Assembly: GCF_004010195.1 (NCBI RefSeq)
Contig: NC_057718.1
Span: forward strand, 23,342,637 to 23,406,636
From: Chiloscyllium plagiosum
Taxonomy: Eukaryota
DNA length: 64,000 bases
Direction: 5' to 3'
The notes beneath the pieces are model-generated. The model did not search any database, was not told where the DNA came from, and worked only from the letters and a program-made list of their open reading frames with translations. Shown in pieces: positions 12,411 to 21,830 of the stretch. Every line of letters starts with the position of its first letter. Position 1 is the first letter of the stretch. A program made the position numbers and the translations under genes.

Positions 12411-13190
12411 GTTGCATTTTGGAAAGACAAATTGAGGCAGGATTTATTCACTTCATGGTGGGGCCCTGGGGAGTGTTGCTGAGCCAAGAGACCTTGGAAT
12501 TCAGGGTCACAGTTCCTTGAGCCACAGGTAGATAGGATACTGAAGCAGGTGTTTGGTATGCTTGCCTTTATTGGTTAGTACATTGAGTATAGCAGTTGGG
12601 AGATCATATTGCAGCTGTACAAGACATAGGTTAGGCCACTTTTGAAATACTGTGTTCAATTCTGATCTCCTTGCTTTAGGAAGGATGTTATAAAACTTGA
12701 AATTGTTAAGAAGAGATTTCCAAGGATGTTGCCAGGGTTGGAGTGTTTGAGCTATAGGAAGAGGCTGAATAGACTGGGGTTATTTTCCCTGGAGCATTGG
12801 AGGCTGAGTAGTGACCTTATAGAGGTTTATAAAATCATGAAGGGCATGGATAGGGTAAATAAACAAAGTCTTTTCCCTGGGGTGGGGGAGTCCAGAACGA
12901 GAGGGCATAGGATTAGGGCGAGAGGGGAAAGACATAAGAGAGACTTAAGGGGCAACTCTTCATGCAGAGGGTGGTGCGTGTATGGAATGAGCTGCCAGAG
13001 AAAGTGATGGAGGCTGGTACAATTACAGCATTTAAAAGGCATCTGAATGGGTATATGAATAGGAAGGATTTGGAGGGATATGGACCAGGTGCTAGCAGGT
13101 GGGGCTAGATTGTGTTGGGATATCTGATTGGCATGGATGAGTTGGATCAAAGGGTCTGTTTCTGTGCTGTACATCTCTCTGATTCTATAA
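12411..13190 (+). mobile_element. 5'-truncated CR1 LINE
   Basis: ORF 12726-13007 (LNRLGLFSLE...DLIEVYKIM); CR1 3'UTR ends CTCTGATTCTATAA. Confidence 0.92.
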
Positions 13191-13319
13191 CTACAATGTG
13201 TGTGTATTGGAAGCTATAAGTTAATAGACAGGGTTCTGTTCTTTGAAGACACAAAGGGCATGTACACACACTGCATCTGTTTCAACTCAATAAAATAGGT
13301 GACAGCTACTCGCTGGTTC

Positions 13320-13572
13320 ATGTTTGAGTGCAAAGCCCTGACTAATCGGAGCCAACTTGCTTGTTTTGAAATTTAAACAAAGCCTGGCTCTTAAATGAGT
13401 ACATCTTCCATGGCAACACCTTTACCAATCAAAGTCCCTTAGCCAACCAATCAGAACTAATTATGCAGTTTCAATGTTGGCTTGCTCCTTGAACTGGTAA
13501 TCTTGCAAAGCATCCCAATGAAATTAAGATGAAAAGTTTCAATCAAGTGTATCCATTTTCAGCAATACTCAA
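13320..13572 (+). mobile_element. Old dispersed repeat, probably a Penelope-like 3' region (family E)
   Basis: CCATGGCAAC...ACCAATCA...GCCAACCAATCAG...TTTTCAGCAA is collinear with 59390-59550. Confidence 0.5.
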
Positions 13573-14514
13573 AACAGAGATAAGTTAATACCAGGTCAGT
13601 AAGGTTGGTACTGATATCTTAAAGGTGATTTATTACATTTGATTCTGGTTTCAGATGGTATTCATCACTTTGTATTGCTATCTGGTCATTGTGTTTTTAC
13701 AATGTCAGGGTCTGAGGCCCAAAGTGATTATTCCTCAAAATACCCAGAGTACTGTGCCAGCTCTCCCCTGTGCTCAGTTGAAGGTTTAGACATATTCCTA
13801 GACATGTTTTTCCATCAAAGGATGCTCTGCATTTTAGAGATGATGGGGCTGGAAAGGATTGGGAATGGATTCGGCTAGCGTCGCTGCCAACTGCACATTG
13901 TCTTTGTTGATTTTTTGCAGTTCATGAAGGGGCTGCACAGGAAGGATTTCTATTCTCACAGCAGGACTCTGCAGTTCATTGTCTGAATGATCAACAGTCA
14001 GGCTCTGACATCTTCTAAGCCCACCTCACATCGACTATGCTGCACCTCCAGTACCTCTCCCTTAGTCTTCTGTATAAGTTGGAACTCCTCAAATAGTTCC
14101 TCTCAGACAACGTCTGCCAGATATTAGATGTGATACAGTTCGTGATAGATTGGTGCATTTTTACACAGCAATGCCCTGTTTTTAAGGTACTGGTATTTGT
14201 TCCTCCTATTTCTCTTTCACTCTCTCTCTTTCTCTCTCTCTCTTACTCGTTTAGTCTGCAGAACCTTTTTTTTTTGCTTTTGGTTTCTGTTGAGATAAAA
14301 GAATGGAAAATGTAGAGTTTCCTCTTTATTCCACTTGACCCTTCTTATCATCTCTATGTCTGAGGCTTACGAAAAAGGGCAACTGTTTCTAATGTTCAAC
14401 TCTCAGCACTTAGCAGAAACCTAAGAGATTTGTTCCCATGTCATTGTCAACAGATGTAGCTATGAGCATCCACAATATTTTTTGTCTTCTCCACTATTGC
14501 CATGTGACAAAAGA

Positions 14515-14900
14515 TCTTTCAGGATCTCAGGACAATGCAAAGTGCTTTATAGTCAATGAAGTAATTTTACAAGTTACTGTTGTAATGTTAGAAACACAGC
14601 AGGCTATTTGGACACAGCACCAACAGCAACTAAAACTCTGTTTTAGTGATGTTAAATAAGGGATAATGTTGGTGAGGAAATTGGGGATAATTGTCTTGCT
14701 CTTCAAAACAACAAAAGAGGATCCTAACAGTCACCTGTGGTTCAACACAGTTTCTCTTCTATGTTCCATCTGAAAGTTAGCACCTTCGACACTGCAGCAC
14801 TCCCCTGGCATGTTAGTTTTCTCACATCTCCAGAATAACACTTAAAACTTCACAACTTCCCAATTCAGAGATGGCAAGGCTCCCACTAAGCCAAAGATTC
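14515..14900 (-). mobile_element. Deu-domain SINE (SacSINE1/AmnSINE1-like), decayed
   Basis: Reverse complement reads GGGAGTGCTGCAGTGTCGAAGGTGC..CTTTCAGATG ... AACATCACTAAAACAGA ... TTACTTCATTGACTATAAAGCACTTTG, matching the Deu-SINE layout as recalled. Confidence 0.7.
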
Positions 14901-15280
14901 ATGTGAAACATTTAGCGTGATAAATAATAGTGAGTACATGACAAAAATGGTTAATGTGTGGAGTCAGCCCATATTATTTTGTGCCGAACGCAGAATGAAA
15001 ATAAATGAAAAGACAGAAAGAAAGAACGGTTTGCAGAGATTGTCTTCTGCCCTGTGTGATTCATTTGAAAATGAAAGTAGTTATTATGAGCTATTTTGAA
15101 GCATCAAATTGGTAATGGGGAAAAAGTCACGTAACTGCTGTTGGATAATTTATATAGTGCTTGATGATTACTGGTGACAGACCTCACATTATGTGGAAGT
15201 GATTATTGAAGTTAGAAATGAACATCACCTGATGTGACAGAAACATGAAGACAGGGTATGGGAGAGCCATCAGAGTACAC

Positions 15281-15621
15281 GATGGCCAGTGGTATTATTG
15301 CTCAACTATTAATCCAGAGACCCAAATAATGTTCTGGGGACTTGGGTTTGAATCCCACCAAGGCAGCTGGTGGAATTTGAATTCAAAAAAATCTGGAAAT
15401 AAAGTCTAATGATAACCATGTCACTTGTCAGGAATAATCCATCTAGTTCACTAGTGTCCTTTAGGAAAGGAAATCTGAAATCCTTACCTAATCTGGACTA
15501 CATATGACTCCAGACCCACAGCAATGTGGTTGGTTCTTAACTGCCCTCTGGACAATTAGGGATGGGCAATAAATGCTGGCCTAGCCAGTGACAGCCACAG
15601 CCTGTGGGTTAACAAAAAAAA
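15281..15621 (+). mobile_element. Full-length tRNA-derived SINE with LINE-derived 3' tail
   Basis: A-box-like TGGCCAGTGG, B-box-like GGTTTGAATCC, 3' GGGATGGGCAATAAATGCTGGCCTAGCCAG, A-rich tail; at least four related copies in the window. Confidence 0.85.
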
Positions 15622-15988
15622 CATGTTGTCAGGGTGTCAGACGAGGTGGTCATTCTGCCATTCTGGTGATTTGTTGTGTCTAATTGCTTATCCCTCTCAT
15701 TTATCTTCCTTGCACAGCCTCTTTGTTTGCCTCTCCTCTGAGGAGGAAGTGACAGTCACATTTACTTTTAGTCTATGTGGAAGAGATGCTTTTTCAGACT
15801 CTTTACATTGAGCCAGGAAACTCCATCTCCTCCATCTCAGGCATGGCTATAGGTCCTGATCTGCTGACTGCCTCTTATGTACAATCCTTATCAGACTGAA
15901 CCTGTCAAAGAGGAGACAGGCACAGCGTACAATCAGAGAGAGCAAAGAAAATGCTGAGCGAGACAGGCATGTCTGCAGAGGTCACCAT

Positions 15989-16655
15989 ATAGCATGGAAA
16001 CAGACCCTTCAGACAAACCAGTCCATGCCCATCATCTTTCCAAACTAAACTAGTCCCATCTGCTTGCATTTGGCCCATATCCCTCCAAAACCTTCTTACT
16101 CATGAATTTATCCAAACGTCTTTTAAACATTGTAACTGGACTTGCATCCATCACTTTCTCTTGAAGTTCATTCCACACATGAATCACTCTCTGTGTAAAA
16201 ATGGTGCCTCTCATATCTTTTTTACATCTTTCTCTTCTCGCCTTAAAAATATGCTTCTTAATCTTAAAATCCCCCCCCCCCCAGGGAAAAAGACCCTTGT
16301 CATTTATCTTATCTATGCCTCTCATGATTTTATGAACCTTAATAAGATTACCTCTCAAACTCCTACACTGCAGTGAAAAAATGTTTCATTCTACCCAACT
16401 TATCCTTATAACTCAAACCCTTGTTTCTGAACACTCTCTACCTTAACAATATCTGTCCTAGAACAGGGCAATGCCTTCTAAACCACTCTGCCTACATGTG
16501 ATGCAAATATCAAAGAATTATGTACCTTCACCCCTAGATCCCTCTATTTTACAACACTACCTGGGGTTCTACTGTTAACTGTATAAGTCCTGTCCCTGTT
16601 TATATTACGTCACATGCAACATCACACATTTATCCAAATTCAACTCCATCTACGC
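15989..16655 (-). mobile_element. 5'-truncated CR1 LINE
   Basis: ORF 16050-16358 (MRGNLIKVHKIMRG...FTQRVIHVWNEL...GRWD-like end). Confidence 0.9.
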
Positions 16656-18159
16656 CTCTCAGTCTATTGAGAACCCATCGTTATGATTAGACAATTTTCA
16701 CATAGACCTGCAGACGGATGTTGGGAACAAAACCTGAGGAAATGGTCAAAGGAAGGCACTGGGATGATTTCTTTTGATTTCATTTCAAGACTCGTGAATG
16801 TATTATGTACTGCAGCAGGGCCATGCTGTCAGGAAGGCTATAGTTTCATGCACTTTGAGTTAATGTCTTCTAAGGTAACAAATGTAGCCATATTCTGTTG
16901 GAAATGAAATACATTGGGACCCAGATTTAATTGGATTGGAGGTGCTGCATTCAGACTGAATGATCTGGATCAGACAATGCAGTAAATCACACCGTCTGGG
17001 GAGAAAACTGAGAAGGCTGCAGCAGGTGTAACAGGGTCAACCAAGGGAAGCAGATGGTGTTTACGTACAACTGCGAATTAAAATTGTTTTTTTTTTAGTG
17101 ACAAGAAAGATTTAGCTCTTGCAGTTTTACTTTGAGTGGAATGGACACTCTGTGTTAATGCACAGGATCATGCAATCATTACAGTCCAAGTCCTGAAAGG
17201 AAGTCTGAGCGAAGTTAGCAGACACCTGTATTAAAGGCTGACAGCAGCCACTGATCCTGAAACACAGCAGGAACTAAAGATGTCCAGCTCTGTAACTCAC
17301 ACAATGATCAGATTATTGACCATTATTCATTATTGAAGAACTATTGGCATAATGCAACTGTTGGTTTGTGAGGCTAACACAACCAAACCAGAGAGAAGGA
17401 GAAACAGAAAGATAAGCAGACCATTGCCAGAATGTATTTAATAGGGGATCTCATAAGAGACTTGCGAGGAAATGTCGTGGTGTATAATGAATGTCAGGAA
17501 GCATTGAGGCCAATTTTATTGCGAACAGAGATTCCAACGACCTATGTGTATGTCAGAGGGAATGTCTTAGAGAGAGTCCAACGTAAGACCTATTCCAGCA
17601 CCACAAGCTAAACCCTGGGATTGGATAACTCAATAAAGGCTGGGGATTCGACTTCAGATCTTCCTATGCCTTTACAACTGAACTCCATATTGCTTTAGCC
17701 AATTTAGTCACGGGGGCTGCTGTCTTTGCTTTTAACATTGAGGTACATCAATGTCAATGTGAAAGGTCTGGAAGATATGAGTCTTACTGTCTCACAGCAG
17801 AAGTAACTCCGAAACAGGCTTCATTTTTTACTCTTTTTCTGCAAATGTAAATGACAAATTCATCTGAAGAATTGCATGCTTTTCTCTACATCTATACAAA
17901 TGATAGGTCACATGATATATATTCCACGTGAAGCAACCTCCCTCTCTCCTCGTTGAATTTTAATGGATTCTAAACATTACCTTGAAAGTAACACAAAAAT
18001 CACAAGAGCTATTACAGGTAATTCATTTATCTGCAACAGGATACTCCATCTCTGCTATATCACGCTAACGCTCACATGCCACATCACTGAGTCCACAGTT
18101 TATATGTAGACTGTGGCTAAACTTAAGGCCAGATTTGCCAAAACAATCTTGCAGAAAGC

Positions 18160-18530
18160 TTGCCTGAAACATCGATTTTACTGCTCCTCAGATGCTGCCT
18201 GAACTGCTGTTCTTTTCCAGCACCACTAATTCAGAATCTGGTTTCCAACATCTGCAGTCGTTGTTTTTACCTAGTTGATTTTAACCCTACTGCGAATCCT
18301 CTTGCAAGGATGCCTGCCTTGAAGAAGTTTTCCTCCTCTCTCTACAAGAATCTCAGGGAGTCCCTTTCCCACTGCAACTCCCAGGTCATTTCCTCTGCGC
18401 TGCACCTATTGTACTCTATGCTACTTTCTCCCCACCCCCACCCTCCTCTCATTTATCTCTCCAATCTTCAGGCACTCTGCCTGTATTCCTGATGAAGGGC
18501 TTTTGCCCGAAACATCGATTTTACTCCTCA
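18160..18530 (+). mobile_element. Penelope-like element, family B, with direct terminal redundancy
   Basis: TTGCCYGAAACATCGATTTTACT at 18160 and 18503 (343-nt period); first part is homologous to 50328-50420. Confidence 0.8.
18485..18520 (+). ncRNA. Minimal type-I hammerhead ribozyme motif
   Basis: ATTC-CTGATGA-A-GGGC-TTTT-GCCC-GAAA-CA-TC-GATT; the ACGT palindrome is decayed to ACAT (CpG-type change). Confidence 0.7.
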
Positions 18531-18531
18531 A

Positions 18532-18738
18532 TCCCACCTAGTCTAGTAGCCTGTATCTCAGTATTCTCCTCGACAATATTGTCATTTTATAGAGTGAATA
18601 CTGTCGAAAAATATTCATTAAGTGCTTCCCCTATCTCCTCTGACTCCATACACAACTTACCCCACTATCCTTGATTGGCCCTAATCTTACTATCATCATT
18701 CTTTTATTCCTTAAATACCTATAGAAAGCCTTAGGGTT
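18532..18738 (-). mobile_element. CR1 ORF2 internal fragment
   Basis: Collinear with 1350-1565 (TTCTCCTC..CAATATT...CCTA...TTTTATTCCT...AGAAAGC). Confidence 0.7.
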
Positions 18739-19029
18739 AGAGTGTTCCCAGTTGATCCAAGTTAAGCTTCACAGGATCTTGACTGCCACTTGGGTCTTGT
18801 GGTATCAGCGTAGAGTTGCTCAATGGAGTTCTGGCATATGCTGAGCACCGATGAAGAAGCTGTAGCAGAAGCAGCTGGTGACAATAACCACTGCAGCCAG
18901 TTTCAACCCACAGCCAGACTCTAGTTCCACACATGAATTGACCAGTTAGAGGAGTAAGATAATCTCCTAAAGTGGTAACTCTTCTGAATCCTCTCTATCC
19001 CTTTGTGAACTAATACAGCCTCCATTAGA

Positions 19030-20420
19030 ATGATGGATGTTAGATGGGAAGGAAAGGGGTGCAAATGACACAGAGGGTCTGCAGAGGGATGTGCAGTAAA
19101 CAGTTTAAGTGAATGTTCAAAAACTTGGCAGATGCAATATAATGTGGGAAAATATGAGCTTAGGCACTTTGGCAGGAAGTATAGAGGAGCTGAATATTAT
19201 TTAAATTAGGAAAGATGGCAAAAAGAGAAATTTGGGAGTCCTCATGTGTGAATCACAGAAGCAATCAAATAAGTTCAGGTAATACAGAAATCAAATGGAA
19301 TGCTGGCCTCTATTTCAAAGAGAATGCTGTACAAAATATGGGTGCTCTTGCTAAAACTATATAAGACAGTCCTCAGACAACACTTTCCATCCACTTATCC
19401 AAGGAAAGATATACTGGTATGGGAAGTAGTCCAGAGAAATTACTGTAGTTTGATCCCAGGTATGGAGGGAGTTTCTTATGAGAGAAACAGGTTGAGTATG
19501 TTGGGATTGTACTCATTGAAGCTCAGAAGAATGAAAGACATACGTTATTAAAACATGTAACATATTTAGGTGTGTGAAGAATATTTGGGATGTTTGACAG
19601 GATAGATTCAGGTTGTTTCTGTGTGTGGAAGAGTCAAGGAGCAGACGGCATAATCTCAGAGTAAAGAATCACAAGTCAAAGGTCAGGAGTAATTCTTCTC
19701 TTAGAAGGTCCTGAATCTATGGATTTTTTTTACTGCACAGTTATATAGCACAGAAACAGACTCATTAGTCCAACTTATCTGCACTGACCAGACATCCCAA
19801 CCTGACCTAGTTCTATTTGCCAGTATTTGGCCCAAATCCCTCTAAAACCTATTGTAATTGTACCAGCTTCCACCCTTTCCTCTGGCAGCATGTTCCATAC
19901 ATACACCACCCTCTGCGTGAAAACGTTGCCCCTCAGGTCCTTTTTAAATCTTGCCCCACTTAGCTTTAAAAATATGGCCTCTAGTTTTAGATTCTCCCAC
20001 CCTCAGTAAAAGACCTTGGCTATTTACCCTATGATATCTCATGCCCCCCCATGATTTTATGAACCTCTATAAAGGTTACCCCTCAGTCTCCGATGCCCCA
20101 GGTAAAACAGCCCCAGCACATTCAACCTCTCCCAGTAACTCAAGCCCTCCACTGCCAGCAATATCCTTGTAAATCTTTTCTGAACCCTCTCTCATTCCAA
20201 TTCCTCTACTCAATGTTCTCACCAATATAGAAGTTGGGTTATTAGGTTTGTAAAGGCTAATAAAAACAGATTTTTAAAGTCAGACAAGTAAGGGAATCAA
20301 GAGTTATGTGGATAAGGCAGGAAAGTGGCATTGAAAATGATCAACAATGATCTCATTGAATGGTGGAGTAGACTAAACAGTCAGAATGGTCAATCGCTAC
20401 TTCAATATCTTATGGTCTTA
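19030..20420 (+). mobile_element. Older CR1 3' fragment split by an antisense CR1
   Basis: ORF 19300-19551 is CR1-like; 3'UTR resumes after about 20228 and ends TCTTATGGTCTTA. Confidence 0.75.
19741..20227 (-). mobile_element. CR1 3' fragment nested in the previous element
   Basis: Antisense of the 21200-21830 subfamily. Confidence 0.85.
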
Positions 20421-20594
20421 TTGGCTTCATGATGTGAGGATTTGTGAATGGGAAATCACATTGTCAGGCTGCAATGGTGCTGCAGTTTTGTACTCCAGCT
20501 AATTCAAGATTTGGAAGTGCCGGTGTTGGACTGGGGTGTACAAAGTTAAAAATCACACAACGCCAGGTTACAGTCCAACAGGTCTATTTGGAAG

Positions 20595-20629
20595 CACTAG
20601 CTTTCAGAGCGTTACTCCTTCATCAGGTG
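20595..20629 (-). ncRNA. Minimal hammerhead motif, antisense copy
   Basis: CAC-CTGATGA-A-GGAGT-AAC-GCTCT-GAAA-GC-TA-GTG; stem II retained with G-U pairs. Confidence 0.68.
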
Positions 20630-20647
20630 GTTGACAACCAGGACAAC

Positions 20648-20682
20648 CACCTGATGAAGGAGCAGCGCTCCGAAAGCTAGTG
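20648..20682 (+). ncRNA. Minimal type-I hammerhead ribozyme motif (intact)
   Basis: CAC-CTGATGA-A-GGAGC-AGC-GCTCC-GAAA-GC-TA-GTG: stem I CAC/GTG, 5-bp stem II, palindromic AGCT in place of stem III. Confidence 0.78.
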
Positions 20683-21046
20683 CTTCCAAATAAACCTCTT
20701 GGACTATAATCTGGTGTTGTGTGACGTTTAGCTAATTCAAGGCAACCGTAGTTCAGGTCTAGGCAATTGATTTCATTGTGGTCATTACAAATATACAATA
20801 GTGTTTGTAGTGATCATTGCACAATCATGTGTGGCCGAGGTGGCTTTCTATTGCTATCCATTCTAACATCCATTTAATTCAGAGCAATTGTGAGCTTTTG
20901 ATCTGTATTTACAATATTTCCCTACGTTATTCAAGCCACTGCTCAAAAGAAAAGTCAAGACTCCTAAATCCTTCCCTAGTCAACCAGAATGTAAGAATTA
21001 GGGACAGGAGGAAGTCATTCGCTCTCTTGATTTGCTATTCAACAAG

Positions 21047-21830
21047 ATGGGAAAAGCAAATCAGGGCAGGACTTAGCCACTTAATGGGAAGGTCCTGGCG
21101 AGTGTTGCTGAACAGAGACCTTGGGGTGCAGGTTCATAGCTCCTTGAAAGTGGAGTCACAGATAGATAGGATAGTGAAGAAGGCGTTTGGTATACTTTCC
21201 TTTATTGGTCAGTGTATTGAGTACAGAAGTTGGGAGGTCATGTTACAGCTGTACAGGACATTGGTAAAGACAGTTTTGGAATATTGTATGCAGTTCTGGT
21301 CTCCTTCCTATCAGAAGGATGTTGTGAAACTTGAAAGGGTTCAGAAAAGATTTACAAGGATGTTGCCAGGGTTGGAGGATTTGCACTATAGGGAGAGGCT
21401 GAACAGGCTGGGGCTGTTTTCCCTGGAGCGTCGAAGGCTGAGGGGTGACCTTACAGTGGTTTATAAAATGATGAGGGGCATGGATAGGATAAATAGACAA
21501 AGTCTTTTCCCCAGAGTGGGGGTGCTCAGAACTAGAGAGCATAGGTTTATGGTGAGAGGGGAAAGATCTAAAAGGGACCTAAGGGGCAACGTTTTCACAC
21601 AGAGGGTGTTGCATGTATGGAATGAGCTGTCAGAGGAAGTTGTGGAGGCTGGTACAATTGCAAAATTTAAAAGGCATCAGGATGGGTGTATGAGTAGGAA
21701 GGGTTTGGAGGGATATGGACTGGGTGCTGGCAGGTGGGACTAGATTGGGTTGGGATATCTGGTCGGCATGGACGAGTTGGACGGAAGGGTCTGTTTCCAT
21801 GCTGTACATCTCTATGACTCTATGATTCTA
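21047..21830 (+). mobile_element. 5'-truncated CR1 LINE (relatively young)
   Basis: Open RT C-terminal frame RDLGVQVH...LEYCMQFWSP...LERRRLRGDL...GRWD; tail CTCTATGACTCTATGATTCTA. Splits an older antisense CR1 tail (about 20987-21046 and 21831-22080). Confidence 0.95.

Larger units (their letters stand above)
20509..20729. mobile_element. Complete fold-back Penelope-like element, family A, with 12-bp TSD
   Basis: AGCTAATTCAAG at 20497-20508 and 20730-20741; inverted arms 20553-20633 and 20644-20724; unpaired extension on the left. Confidence 0.88.

Noticed and set aside
20509..20729. Fold-back elements as classical MITEs or pre-miRNAs
   Set aside because: TSDs are long and variable (11-14 bp), ends are asymmetric, arm lengths vary and the same sequence also occurs as a direct repeat; small-RNA production cannot be judged from sequence.
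20817..21743. 308-aa ORF as a host gene
   Set aside because: The C-terminal three quarters is CR1 RT tail; the N-terminus is chance read-through of flank.
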